A DNA stretch of 64,000 nucleotides, from positions 130,386,001-130,450,000 of the forward strand of contig OX597815.1 of the NCBI GenBank assembly GCA_951406725.2. Direction: 5' to 3'. Position numbers and translations under genes: made by a program. The notes beneath the pieces are model-generated. The model worked only from the letters and a program-made list of their open reading frames with translations. It was not told the origin of the DNA and did no database searches. Positions 1 through 13,320 of this stretch are shown piece after piece. Position 1 is the first letter of the stretch. The number at the start of each line of letters is the position of its first letter. The DNA comes from Octopus vulgaris (Eukaryota).

Positions 1-1804
1 AATCAGACTGGAGTCTGGTCCAACCTATGCCAGCATGGAAAGCAGACTCTAAATGATGATAATGATGATGATGATATTATGGCAGACCCAGAGATCTAAC
101 TCTTGCTTACCAGCTTAGATATTATGTTTAACACTTCATCAACACTTCATATTCGTTCACTCTTTCATTGTCACATAGGAACATTTGCAGCAGCTCTGAT
201 GATTTTAGCTCGTTTTGTTCATGGATACAGAACAGACTATATTTTTTTATAATTTTGTGATTGTCTCATAATGGTTTCCCTTTTATAAATTAACTTTTAT
301 TAATATGTGTGTGTGTGTATGTGTGTGTGTGTGTGTGTGTGTGTACAAGTATATGTCAACATATTTTTGCTTCTATGTGTGTATGTGTGAATGTATTATA
401 ATATATATATATGCATGTGTGTATACATATGCATACACACATATATATAATCTAGGACAATTATCAGCTGATGTTTAATGCTGTTTTGCTGTGTATTCCC
501 GTAATAAACGTTGTAGAAAACTCTTGTAAACAGTCCAAGATATACAGCACTGGGAGACTATTCAAATACTGTAAATTCTTGAGTTAGGTACAATAATTTA
601 CTTAATTCCACTTTGCCAAACTACCAACTTCTTCATCTGGTGGATCTCGCTTTTGCAAAGAGAGAGAGAGTAAGAGAGATGTGTTATATATTTCCCATCT
701 GTTGTCAAATTAGATATAATGCAATGATGTTAGTAAAGCTTGATAAAATCTCAGATAGGTTGTAGCCAGATTGGCCAAGGCCATGTCTGACTTACAGCAC
801 CTGATCTGTTATTGTTTGTTTTTGCTATGGCTCAGAGAGGGTGGGGTAGTATTTATGACCTGATACAGGGTCTTCCAGACTGTTAGCAGTGGGTGAGGAG
901 TGGGGAAATGATTAACTCTTTTGTAAGCATATTTTTGTTGAGAAACACTGCTTCCTTTGTTTCAATTAATTTTGAATATACACATAGGTGTGGGTGTGTG
1001 GCAAGACGGTCTTGTTTTCCAACCACATAGTTCTGGGTTCCGTCCTACTGTGTGGCATCTTGGACAAGTGTCTTCTGCTATAGCCTCAGGCTGACCAAAG
1101 CCTTGAGTGGTACACAATAACTAAAAGAGAAACCCATTGAATGTGTGTGTGTGTATGTATATATATATGTATGTGTATCTTTGTGTCTGCATTTTCCCCT
1201 CCTCCACCACTCGACAACCAGTGTTGGTGTATTTATGTTCTTGTAACTTAGCATTTGGCAAAAGAGGTGGATAGAATAAGTACCAGGCTATAAGTACCAA
1301 GTAAAAGAGGTGGATAGAATAAGTACTAGGGTTGATTTGTTTGACTAAAATCCTTCAAGGTGGTGCCCCAGCATGGCCTCAGTCTAATGACTGAAACAAG
1401 TAAAAGATGAAAGATAAAGAAGAATTTTGTAAAATGGCAGTCGTTATTGGGTTGGTGTTAAGTGTGTTGAACAAAATACTTATGGCCATTTCTTCTGGCT
1501 TTTTACATTCCAAGTTCAAATGCCACTGAAGTCAACTTTACTGTTTTTCCTTTTGGGGTTGATAAAATAACTACCAGTTGCTGTTATTGACTGGCCCTTT
1601 TCTTTAAAATTTCAGATCTTGTGCCTATAATAGAAAGAATTATAACAATTACTCTGTGTGCATAAGTGAAAGCAGGGTAGCTTTGTCTGTGTGTTTGCAA
1701 AATTACTGGAAAACAGCTGAATGGATTTTCACCAAATTTGGCAGAAATACTCATTGGGTGAGTGGCTCGAAATCATGAAAATTTGGTTAGATTATCTTCA
1801 AACC

Positions 1805-2413
1805 TACATAAATACATACATTGATATGCAACTGTGTATGTATGCATGTGTGTGTGTGTGTCTGTGTCTGTGTGTGTGTATAGTGATGGATTTGAGGGTT
1901 TTGTTTATTTATGAGCTGATTTCTTAATTTCACTGGAGTGTAAATACCTATAGTAGTGATACCTACAAAAAAAAAAGAAGTGTTTTTTTTAATCGAACTT
2001 ACAAATTTCTTGATAGGCAAATGGTCATATTTATATATATCCTATGCTTGATTCACCTGCCATAATTGAAAGACATTCAAAACATTTTTCAAATTCTATG
2101 CAATATTTTCTCTAAGTATTTCATTTTGTTCACTTCCTTTTTCATATGAATTGACCCTCATCTGCATGTGTATAGATCATGTTGTACCTATGCGCATAAA
2201 CATATGTGGGTACATACGTACATACATACATAAATACATTCATAGATATGCAACTGTGTGTATGCATGTGCACACACGCGTGTGTGATGGATTTGAGGGT
2301 TTCGTTTATTTACAAGTTGACTTCCTAATTTCACCAGAGTATAAATACCTGTAATGGTGATACTTAAAAAAAATTTTTTTTCTAAATCAAACTTACAAAT
2401 TTCCTGATAGGCA
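1805..2413. repeat. Diverged direct duplication of about 200 bp
   Basis: 1805-2020 and 2227-2413 share GATATGCAACTGTG...GTGATGGATTTGAGGG...CTTACAAATTTC.TGATAGGCAA. Confidence 0.8.
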
Positions 2414-2851
2414 AGTTTAGTAAAACACTTGCAAGGCTTAATTCAGTTCAATTGAAAAGCATGGGTAAGCAATGCATTGTAAACCACACTATAATTTGCA
2501 AAAAAAATTTATCTGTATGCAATATATGCATTGCCTGTCTTTTTTTTCATTCTTTCTATTATAGGCTGGAGAAGGTAGCTGTTAGATTCATTAGTATGTC
2601 AGACAAGATCCTTTGTGGAATTTCTCCCAGCTCTTCATATTCTGAATTCAAATAGCATCGAGGTTAACTTTACCTTTCATCCTTTTGGGGTTGATTAGAT
2701 TAGTACCAGTTGAGCACTGGAGTTGATATAATCGACTCACCCTCTCCCTTCAAAATAACAGGCCTTGTGCCAAAATTAGTAAGCTGGTGTTTGGGATATA
2801 AATTAACATGAAATATTGATGAAAAATATTAATTTTCAAACTGATTTAAAT

Positions 2852-3365
2852 TAGTGACTCTCAACCCCTCTAAGTCCTATTTCACTCAAGGGTTAGTGGG
2901 AGGTGGCTCGTAATCTTTGACATCTAAAAGCTCCTAAAATGTAGGAGAGTATTGTAGTTCGCTTGAAGCATTGTGTATTGTTTGTAAAGAATAAAAAGTT
3001 TTGAATGGTATAACAATGTACTATAATACAAACAATGGGCTATATACCTGTTGTAATTTAACCATCCATAGTCTGATATGATATTTCAGAATAAAATTCC
3101 TGCCTCAGATATCTCTAGGAATTGATGGAATCACCAGGAATTTTATTCCGAAATATCATCAGACTATGGATGGTTAAATTACAACAGGTATATAGCCCAT
3201 TGTTTGTATTATAGTGCCTTGTTGTACCATTCAAAACATTTTATTCTCCTAAAATGCTTATTTTGTGTATTGTAGAAATATAAAAAGTTTATTGCACATA
3301 AATTTTAGCAACAAAATCTTATATGGACCCTCAGGGGCCATGTAGACCCCAATTGAGAATCACTG
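2852..3365. mobile_element. hAT/Charlie-type MITE
   Basis: TIRs resemble CAGTGGTTCTCAAC, 8-bp TSD ATTTAAAT/GTTTAAAT, right end shared with 41238-41578. Confidence 0.7.
2942..3247. mobile_element. Fold-back (inverted pLTR-like) element inserted in a hAT MITE
   Basis: Inverted arms of about 115 bp (2988-3102 / 3135-3247). 11-bp direct repeat CTCCTAAAATG at 2931-41 and 3246-56. CTGATGA half-motif on the minus strand at about 3156-62. Confidence 0.7.
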
Positions 3366-4561
3366 GTTTAAATCAGGAAATTTGTATCATAGAACCAGGT
3401 GCAGTCTCAGGTGAGTGTGTTAAGGAATCATTACACATTGGTTGCTGCAGTGGCCAAAGAACCAATATATTGAGTTGTCTTCACACTGCAGACTCAGTCT
3501 AAATGCTTGCAACGTGGTAGTTTCTGCTAATCTCACAGAAGGATACACTAGTCATGGTTATTTTATTAACCTGTAAAAGGATTAAAGGCAAAATTAACCT
3601 CAGTAGAATTTGAACTCAGAACGTGAAAAGTCAAACGAAATACCACTATGCATTTTGTCCATTTATGTTAACGATCCTATCAGCTCACTGCCTTACACCA
3701 GTTTAATAATTACAAAGTTATTTCACTAAATTCTATATTATTTTCAAAAGTATTAGAAACAGAAGCAGTGGATCTTAACAGTAATATTGTAATGGAATGG
3801 CTAATACCAGTATATCACTGGTACATTTTGCTTAGTCTCAAATTCGATCTGATTAATAAGATCTATAATCAAAACTATTCACACCACAAAGGTTTTCAGA
3901 AATAATGTACACTAGACTATATTACACTGCTGTTTCTAGCTGTTTGAACAATTACGTAGACATATCACTGTCGTTGACTTGTCTGGTATGTATTTATTTA
4001 TTGGAGTTGGTTGGATGAAAAGCAGTCAAGCTCAGCAGGAATCAAGCTTAAGAAAACAGAAAGATTAAGATAAATGTACTACTACAAGGTCATCAGCCTA
4101 CCATTTTTGCCAAACTTACTGCTTTTATCAACTAAATTATTTACTGCGGTTGATGCTGTTAGTGTTGCTGCCGCTTAGATAAAACAACAACTGTAACAGC
4201 AACAATATTTTGACTTTGTTTATTGTTTTGAGGAATTTCTTCATGGTTTGTTATTTTTTTGCAGGAGGTCAGTGTGATCATTTTCTCTGTTTTACTCACA
4301 ATCTAATTCAGCTTGTGCTGGCTGCATCCACTTCTCTCTTCATTCATTCGACTATGGGATTGGTGTACAGTAAATAGTGTGAACTGGTTTCCTTCAGTGT
4401 GAGGTGGATGTATGTGTGGTGAGATAATATAGTGAATCAAGTCTGAGTGTGGGTGTATGTGCTTAAGTTTATACATGTACATGTGAATGCATATATATGT
4501 ATGTGTGTGTGTGTGTACATATATGTATACATTTATTTCTATATGTTTGTGTATGTGTGGA

Positions 4562-4611
<50 letters not shown>

Positions 4612-4830
4612 TATATATACATATATATACTCACATGATTGGGCAAATTTTCTATAGCCAAATGCTCTTGCTGTTACCAACCCTCACCTGTATTCTCCAT
4701 GACCAGACATGTTTTCAGGGGAGATTGGAAACCAAAGAACACTGCTTGCTGGATATGACATCTATTTACAATTACCACATGAAGTCAAAGCAAGGAAACA
4801 CTAACACACACACACACACACACATAATAC

Positions 4831-5110
4831 TATCCAGATTATGAATTCATATTCATACCAATAATAATTGGAGGACTAAGTTTTGTTAGTATATGCTTAA
4901 AGGAGAATCTGGATAAACTAGGATTTTCAGAAAGAGAAATCAACTGGCCAATTCGTACAAGTGCAATCTGTGAGTGGAACAGTAAAAATATGTAAGACTT
5001 TTCTCAAATTCCAAATGTGAATTTATCTGTGTTAACTACATCCCAAAGATGGACCCTTGTATTTTTGCTGGAAACCGGCTCTCTCCTCAGTGGAAGATTC
5101 ATAATAATTA
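4831..5110 (+). pseudogene. 3' end of R4/Dong-like non-LTR retrotransposon (restriction-like endonuclease C-terminus)
   Basis: YPDYEFIFIPIIIGGLSFVSICLKENLDKLGFSEREI, frameshift, QVQSVSGTVKICKTFLKFQM*, short UTR, TAA-repeat tail. Confidence 0.65.
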
Positions 5111-5439
5111 AAAAATAGAAGAGACATAGATACATAAATACACACACACACATACATATACAATAGGCTTCTTTCTGTTTCCATCTACCAAATCCACTCA
5201 CAAAATTTTGGTTAGCTTGAGGATGTAGCAGAAGACACTTGCTTAAGATGCCAAGCAGAGGGACTGGAACCATGTGGCTGGGAAGCAGCTGGGAAGCAGT
5301 CTTCTTGCCATAAAATGATGGCTATATATTTAGGACAACCCATTGTGTGGTCAAGATTTTCACCTAACAGGCTTGTGATTGTGGATTCCATCCTGCTGTA
5401 TGATGTCTTGGACAAATGTCTTCTACTCTAGATCTTTAT

Positions 5440-5800
5440 TTGTGGCACATAAAAAGCACCATTTGAGTTTGGTCGATGCCAGTACTGCCTGACTGGTCCA
5501 ATGCCGGTGGCATGTAAAAAGCACCATTTGAGCATGGTTCGTGCCGGTGGCATGTAAAAAGCACCATTCAAGCCTGGTTGATGCCAGTACCGGCTGACTG
5601 GCCCTTATGCTAGTGGCACATGAAAAGCACCCACTACACTCTCAGAGTGGGTGGCGTTAGGAAGGGCATCTAGCTGTAGAAACTTTGCCAGATCAGATTG
5701 GAGCCTGGTGCAACCTTCTGGCTTGCCAGCCCTCAGTCAAACTGTCCAACCCATGCCAGCATGGAAAGCAGACATTAAATGATGATGATGATGATGATGA
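5440..5800 (+). mobile_element. RTE LINE 3'-UTR fragment with (GAT)n tail
   Basis: AAAAAGCACC repeat units, GGAAGGGCATCTAGCTGTAGAAA, CCATGCCAGCATGGAAA, (GAT)n. Confidence 0.8.
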
Positions 5801-6244
5801 GTGAAATTGGTTGATAGAAGCTACGCAGGAGCTCACTCTGTGTGTGTGTATAACCATTGGGTGATGACAAGTGACTGAGACCATTGGTGATATGCCATGC
5901 TTGAGAAAACTTGTCAAGACAAGTGAAATTGTAATTGCAGCTGATGCTGGTGTCATGTAACTGGCACCTGTGCCAGTGGTACATAAAATTGCATGAGACT
6001 TATGAAAATAAATGATTGAGTAACTAAAACCTGTCAAGGTGGTGCTCCAGTACGGCTGCAATCCAATGACTAAAACAAGTGAAGGTGTCTAATATATGTT
6101 CATACATACATACACACACACATATATGTATAAATGTAAGTGCATGTTTTCAGTGTGTACAAATAACATGGACAAAATAAGTATATAGTTACCAGGGTAG
6201 CAAAAATTCACATAAGTGCCAAGGATGTTACAGCCTACTTATAA

Positions 6245-7102
6245 AGGTTGGACGGTTTGACTGAGGGCTGGCAAGCCAGAAGTATGTACCAGATTCCAAT
6301 CCAATTTGGCATAGCTTCTACAGCTGGATGCCCTTCCTAATGCCAACCACTCAGAGAATGTAGTGAGTGCTTTTTACGTGCCACCAGCACAAGGGCCAGT
6401 CAGGCAGCACTGGCAATGACCATGCTCAAATAGTGCTTTTTATGTACTACTGGCATGGGAATCAGTCAGGCGGAACTGGCAATGATCACGCTTAAATGGT
6501 GCTTTTAACATGCCACCAGCAAAGGGACCAGTTATGTGGCACTGGCATTGACCAAGCTTAAATGGTGATTTTTATGTGCCACCAGCATGAGTGCCAATCA
6601 GGCGGTACATCATCATCATCATCGTTTAGCGTCCGTTTTCCATGCTAGCATGGGTTGGACGGGTCAACTGGGGTCTGTGAAGCTGGAAGGCTTCGTCAGG
6701 CCCAGTCAGATCTGGCAGTGTTTCTACGGCTGGATGCCCTTCCTAACGCCAACCACTCTGCGAGTGTAGTGGGTGTTTTTTACGTGCCACCTGCACAGGT
6801 GCCAGACAGAGCTGGTGAACGGCCACGAACGGATGGTGCTTTTACGTGTCACCGGCTCGGGGCCAGGCGATGCTGGCAACGGACACGAACGGATGGTGCT
6901 TTTACGTGCCACCGACACGGGGCCAGACAGAGCTGGCAACCGGCCACGAACGGACGGTGCTTTTACATGTCACCGGCACGGGGGCCAGCCGAGGCTGGCA
7001 ACGGATGCGAACGGATGGTGCTTTTACGTGCCACCGACACGGTTGCCAGACAGAGCTGGCAAACGACCACGAGCGGACGGTGCTTTTACGTGTCACCGGC
7101 AC
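6245..7102 (-). mobile_element. Two adjacent RTE 3'-UTR fragments (6245-6607; 6608-7102, young and CpG-rich)
   Basis: Same family, (CAT)n tail at 6608, ~60-bp GGTGCTTTTACGTGYCACC units. Confidence 0.85.
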
Positions 7103-7127
7103 AATATATATATATATATATATATAT

Positions 7128-7367
7128 GTTGTTTGTTAAAAACGTAAATCCAAAAGCAGCAGCACACTCTAAGATGTAGAGTAGTATATATTAAAAATAG
7201 GGAAGGCCAGTTTATGGGATCACCTTAGGTTTACCGTCCATAAAGGATTCAGCTTTATGGTGTATTGTCAGATCTCAAAAACCTATTGGCCCATGGCCTC
7301 TTAAAAAAAACCTTTATGGATGGGAGACCTAAGATAATCCCATAAACCAGCCTTCTCCAATTTCTAA

Positions 7368-7368
<1 letters not shown>
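7128..7368. mobile_element. Fold-back element beside (TA)n
   Basis: Imperfect inverted arms ~7190-7237 / 7310-7368, with a one-sided extension on the left. Confidence 0.55.
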
Positions 7369-7399
<31 letters not shown>

Positions 7400-7967
7400 G
7401 ATAGATAGATGTGTGTGTGTGTGTGTATGTATATATGGCAAAAGCATTGCTTTGGTCTGTCTATGCTGGTCTTTGCCTAGTATTTTGGCATCTCTTCCAT
7501 ACATTATCTTACAACATGAATTTCATCTCAATGAATGCAGGATTTGTACTAAGTATTATGGAAGTGACAGCCTGTTAGATGCCTATATATATACACACAC
7601 ACCAAGAAGGTGTGTGTGCATATATGGAAACCATCAAAGTCATCATTGTCATCATTGTTGTCATCATCATCAGCTATGACAAATGGAAAACAATGGATAT
7701 TGTAATACATGCTTTGATCTGCCTGTCTCTCGTTATCCTTGATTCAATTGTGTTAACATAACTGTGTGTATTTATAAAGAATAGTCCCATCCTGTTTTGT
7801 GTTTCTCTTTATTCCTAGTCAGGTTGTTAGCATAGGTTTGTATAAATAAAGACTGTTGTTTCTATTATTTTTTAATTCCTCTTTTGGTTTTATTTTAATG
7901 CACACACACACATACATACTTATATATATTCATGTGTATGTATTTGTCACTTTATATATATTATATA

Positions 7968-8047
<80 letters not shown>

Positions 8048-8049
8048 TG

Positions 8050-8542
8050 TATCCTACACCAGCTTCACATGACCAGCTCTAGCACATTCAAAGTACCTTG
8101 GATCGCAGGACGGCCTGCTGTGCATACCTTTGATCGTAGGGTGACCTGCTGTGCTTGAGGACACCTTTTGAGTCAAGTACATCAACATCAAAATAAAAAT
8201 GAAATGGAACTTGTAGTTGTGATATCCATGCCAGTGGCATGTAAAAAGCACCATCCGAATGCGGCTGATGCCAGCGCTGCCTTGACTGGCTTCCATGCTG
8301 GTGGCACGTAAAAAGCAACAACTGATCGTGGCCATTGCCAGCCTCCTCTGGCCCGTGCCGGTGGTACGTAAAAAGCACCCACTACACTCATGGAGTGGTT
8401 GGCATTAGGAAGGGTATCCAGCTATAGAAACACTGCCAGATCAGACTGGAGCCTGGTGCAGTCTCCTGGCTTCCCAGACCCTGGTCGAACCGTCCAACCC
8501 ATGCCAGCATGGAAAACGGACGTTAAATGATGATGATGATGA
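8050..8542 (+). mobile_element. RTE LINE 3'-UTR fragment
   Basis: Same family motifs and (GAT)n tail. An opposite-strand copy lies at 8810-9185. Confidence 0.8.
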
Positions 8543-9823
8543 TATACATATATATATAACCTAAATTGCAAATATTGTCATGAACAAAGTAAGAATACTC
8601 GTCCATAGTAGAGTGAACTGATTAATTCGTTAAAGTAGTTATCGTTGTGAAGGCTCATGGTTGGACTCAAGATCATGAAGTTCTAGTTTCAATTCCTAGA
8701 CCACACAGTGCATCATATTTTTAAGCAAAACAATTCACTTCAGCTAAAAATGGAGTTCCAGCAACAGTTGGCTTTAACCCTATGACAGACAGGCAAAATG
8801 TTGCCCAGTCATCATCATCATCATCATCATCATCATTGTCGTTTAACATCCGCTTTCCATGCTGACATGGGTTGGATAGTTTGACTGAAAACTGGTGAGC
8901 CAAAAGGCTGCACCTGGCTCAATCTGATCTGCCCTTCCTAATGCCAACCACTCCGAGAGTGTAGTGGGTTCTTTTACGTACCACTGGCATGAGGGCCAGT
9001 CAGGCGATTCTAGCAACGAATACGCTCAAAAGGTGCTTCTTGTGTGCTACCTGCATGGGAGCCAGTCCAGTGATACTGGCAACGACCATGCTCGAATGTT
9101 GTTTTTCATGTGCCAGTAAGGCGAAACTGGCAACGATCATGCTTGAATGGTCCTTTTTATGTGCCACCGGCACAGGAGCCAATCATGGAAAGTCAGATAA
9201 TCTTTGATCTAGGTTTGTGATAGACTTAAGAGTAATTAGAGTCTTAACAAACTTAATCTACTTTAAGTTTCATACACACAGAAAAGGGATGTGGTAGCAA
9301 TCATCAGATTGACAACCATGATAAACTTTGCCAAATTTATTCTTGTTGTTAATTTAATGACTGGTGTCGTTTATGGCATTGGCAACTTTTGCCAAATTGT
9401 CCGACCCATGCCAGCATGGAGAATGGACCTTAAATGATGATGATGTCATGGAAGATTGACTGTAAATGTCACATTTGTCACCATTATCATCATCATTTTG
9501 CATCTGCATACTGGCATAGATAACTTGCAAGCTTGTATGCATATGCACACACTCAGTGCACACACAGTTGGTAACATGGCATTTGCATGCACCATATTAA
9601 GTCTTAGCAATGTATCTTTCACCAAAATTATTCCACAAATATATATGTCTACTCTTAGTCTATGCATGTCAGCTGGATAATCACAGTCAGGAGAGGGTTC
9701 TTATCCTTCACAGATGAAACAATTCTGAAACTTTGGGCTTACATTATTAACCCTTGTTGGTTGTCCACCTGTATCTGAGTGACTTCGTCAACATCATCAC
9801 TTATTTCTATACTACTTGTTTTC

Positions 9824-10035
9824 AGTGTGCTACCATTACACTAACGTACCCCTAGTAAAGGGGTACGTTAGTGAAATGGTAGCACACTTGTCATGAAGAC
9901 ATAGAGGTGTGGGTTTGAGCCCCATGCGTACAGAAAGCCCTACATCTTTCCATCGAGAGCTCATGAGCCCCAATATTAGACTATTTACCTTAGTCAATGC
10001 ACGGTGATTGCTTACAAGCTTTAAGCTTGTAAAAC
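9824..10035 (+). mobile_element. tRNA-derived element with inverted duplication of its head
   Basis: Near-perfect 30-bp hairpin 9824-9888. The right arm begins a tRNA-like head (TAGTGAAATGGTAGC...GGTTTGAGCCCC, acceptor GTACGT/GCGTAC). Confidence 0.55.
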
Positions 10036-10094
10036 ATTATTATTATTCACAGAATTGTAAAACCGGCACTGCTTACCAAATAATTGCCGAAATG

Positions 10095-10305
10095 CAGCGA
10101 GCTGGCAGAAATGTTAGTACACTTGGTGAAATGCTTAGCGGTATTTTGTCTGTCTTTACATTCTGAGTTCAAATTCCACCAAGGTTGACTTTGCCATTCA
10201 TCCTTTTGGAGTTGGTAAATTAAGTACCAGTTGCGTACTGTGGTTGATGTAATCGACTGGCCCCTCCTCAAAAATTTCAGGCCTTGTGCCTAGAGTAGAA
10301 AAGAA
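10095..10305 (+). mobile_element. tRNA-derived SINE family 1 (representative; other copies at about 1460, 2590, 3560, 12430, 20760, 27225, 29290, 29540, 36615, 36845, 44980, 57480)
   Basis: GAGCTGGCAGAA..GTTAG head, GAGTTCAAATTCC B box, GCCTTTCATCCTTTYGGGGT...AAGTACCAG core. Confidence 0.85.
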
Positions 10306-10359
10306 ACACACGCACACACACACAGTGCTTAGGCCTTAACCTGGTGTAGAACTTAATAT

Positions 10360-10738
10360 TCTTTTATTCTCTTACTTGTTTCAGTCATTTGACTGTGGCC
10401 ATGCTGGAGCACTGCATTTAGTTGAACAAATCAACCCCAGGACTTATTCTTTGTAAGCCTAGTACTTATTCTATTGGTCTGTTTTGCTGAACTGTTAAGT
10501 TATGGGGATGTAGACACACCAACATCAGTTGTCATGCGATGGTGGGGGGCAAATACAGATATATATATATGATGGGCTTCTTTCAGTTTCTGTTCACAAG
10601 TTTCAATCCACTCACAAGGCTTTGATCAGCCCGAGGCTATAGCAGAAGACACTTGCCCAAGGTGCCATGCAGCAGGACTGAACCTGGAACCATGTGGTTG
10701 GGAAGCAAGCTTCTTACCACACAGCCACGTCTGTGCCT
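10360..10738 (-). mobile_element. tRNA-derived SINE family 2 with internal microsatellite (representative; other copies at about 985, 18820, 26165-26950, 27860, 28930, 38930, 40150, 56400)
   Basis: GTGGCTGTGTGGTAAG head, GGTTCAGTCC, GGCACCTTGGGCAAGTGTCTTC, (TA/TG)n, tail CCAGCATGGCC.CAGTC.AATGACTGAAACAAG. Confidence 0.85.
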
Positions 10739-13119
10739 AATAAACGTATGTTTCAGAACAAAGCGTTAATACAATGGGCTTCTTTTCGTTTCCTTCCACC
10801 AAATCCATTCACAAGGATTTGGTTGGCCTGAGGCTATAGTAGATGCCACAGTGGGACTGAACCTGGGACCATGTAGTCGTGAAGTAAACTTCCTACCCCA
10901 CAACCACTGCTGTGCCTACTATATATACTTTTTATCTCATTTAGTTCTTTGTTTTTTTTTTTGTTATCCCATTCAGTTTTTGTGTAAACTCTCACACTTT
11001 ATATAACTGATCTCTGTAATGCCTCCTTAATCTGACACACCTGTGACAAATAAAACAATTCCTTATTACCATTATACGGTTACAAGATGTGCAGAATCAG
11101 TAGAGCATTGAACAAAATGCCTTGTCATATTTATACAGGTACCTTACATTCAGATTTCAAATCCTGCTGGAGTTTGGAGTTAGCTTTTTTTTTTTTCAGG
11201 TATCTGGGAGTCAATGAAATAAAGCAATTACTGAAGGTGTTGCCAGTGGTTAGGGTGTTACACTCACAGTTGCAAAGTCATGATTTCAATACCTAGACCA
11301 GGCGGTGTGTTGTTTATTTGAGCAAAACACTTTGTTTCACTTTGTTTCAGTCCACTAAATTGTAAATGCGTAATCCTACAAGGGACCAGTGTTCTCTTCA
11401 GCGGGTGGTGGTTAGCGGGGGACTGTTGTTTTCTTGCTTACTTCTATGCCATGGAAACTGAGTAACTGGCCCTATGAGTCGTAGGACTTGAGACGGTTAT
11501 GTACAGGGGATGATGATGATGGTGGTTGTGGTGAAATTGATGCTGATGATGGTGATGTTGATGATGATGTTGATGAGGATAATAAAGATGTTGATGTTGT
11601 TGATGATGATAATGGTGATGATGGTATCGGCTTAATCAGCTAGCACATCCCCTTAAATATGAGGCCTCAAGCGGTGTTAGAAGCGATTGTTTATTCAGTG
11701 TATGTGAGTGGATGCGAGACAGACTGGAGAGACAATGACGATGATGATGATTATGGTGGCAGTGGATGTGGTTGTGGTGGTAGAAATATTCAATAAATTA
11801 GAGATTGCCTTACTGTCCTATTAGTTACGTGTTGGCTTCCCACCCCAACTGCTCCCAACACTTCTCTCTATTGATAAACTGAAACATTCTCATACAAAAT
11901 TACATATTACCAACAATGACTTTGTGAAAATATAGACGTAAATGAAAGCCAGAACTATCAATAGAAGAATTCTAGTGCCAATTTCTGTATAATTTATCGA
12001 TTATTATTGTGTTGTTTGTTCTATTTTTGTTAACCAGTTTTTAAAAAAAATATTTTTTCTTTTTCTCTTAATCTATTTTTGTTATTCATGTTGAAACCAA
12101 GAACCTGAAGTATACAATTGCCCTGTCATCTTTTCATTACTTCCTCACCATCTCTCTCTCTCTCATCCACCTCCACATATTGTACAGAACAAGTCTGTCT
12201 GTCTCTTATTTATCCCCAGATACTGTACTAAACAAGTTTGCCAAATACCCTGCCCACCTCTCTCTACTTCCCATTCTCTACTGACCAGAAGAAGGAGTTT
12301 AATCTTATCAACTGCATCATGGCCAGAGGTGGGAAAAAGGGTGGCCTGCAAGGAGTATGGCCAAAACTCTCTTCCTAGAACTAAACATCAATAACAACAA
12401 TAATATATAAACACATGTAAAGTGTTGAGTTGGCTGAATTGTTAGCACTGGGCAAAATGCTTAGCATTTTGTCCATCTTTATGTCTTGAGTTCAAATTCC
12501 ACTGGGGTCATCTTTGCCTTTCATCTTTCTAGGGTCAATTAAATAAGTACCAGTTGAGCACTGGGTCAATTTTCTTGCTGTAGAAGAACTACACATCTAC
12601 TTACATTTTGAAAGACAGAGTTGGGATTGATTAAGATGGAGTTGGAAAGAGATTAAAAATGTATGAGTGATGAGGTGTCAGGGGGGACCCTAAAGGTGAA
12701 TTGGAATGAGTGAGAGCAGAGGGACCTAGAATGTGGATTGGTTAGGTTGGAAGAGAGAATTGGAGGTGTGAGAGATGGGGAATAAATGAGTGGGAGGGGG
12801 GTTAGATGATCTCTAATGAGGCAAAAATTAGGAAGGGAGAGGGTGAGTAGGAGATGACTGATCATATGAAGCAGCAGGATAGTAATGATGATGCAGTTGA
12901 CAGAAGGACGGGAAAGCTGACAGGTTTTTGTTATGTCATGTTAGAATGGTCCTGTGATCTTTATTGAGGCTAAAATATTCATCATTTTATCTCTTACTTG
13001 TTTCAGTCATTAGACTGTGGCCATGCTGTGGCACCACCATGAAGAATTTTTAGTTGAATGAATTGACCCCAGCTTCTACTTTTCTTTTTCTTGTTAAGCC
13101 TGGTACTTATTTTATTGGT

Positions 13120-13320
13120 CAGAAACACAGGTTTTTGAGTGGTGTGTGCATTTTGAAGGTTGGTTGTGTGTCACTTCAAAATGTTGACATTCTGAGCTAC
13201 CAGTCACAATGTGGGGAACATAAAGCAAAAATGAACTCCTTCATGAAGACTGTTGTTGAGCAATTCATCAGCTATTGCATGATTAGAATCAATTGAGTCT
13301 GCCAGGATTATCTCACAGAA
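13120..13320 (+). pseudogene. mariner transposase HTH fragment
   Basis: TQVFEW..HF / K.GCVSL.N...SELPVT with frameshifts, similar to the mariner motif VFEWFKRFK.GR.SLED..RSGRP.T. Confidence 0.5.

Noticed and set aside
5036-5082. Hammerhead-like CCAAAGA...GAAACCGG
   Set aside because: Core broken, no cleavage triplet or stem I; lies in the Dong-like UTR.
6772-7102. CRISPR-like repeat/spacer appearance (also 21185-21885)
   Set aside because: Spacers are homologous to each other, the array is part of a LINE 3' UTR, the context is eukaryotic and there are no cas genes.
7236-7280. Minus-strand CTGACAA...GAAT as a hammerhead
   Set aside because: Both core segments mismatch and the stems do not form.
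9860-9932. Functional tRNA gene
   Set aside because: Anticodon stem and B box are degenerate and there is no T-run terminator.
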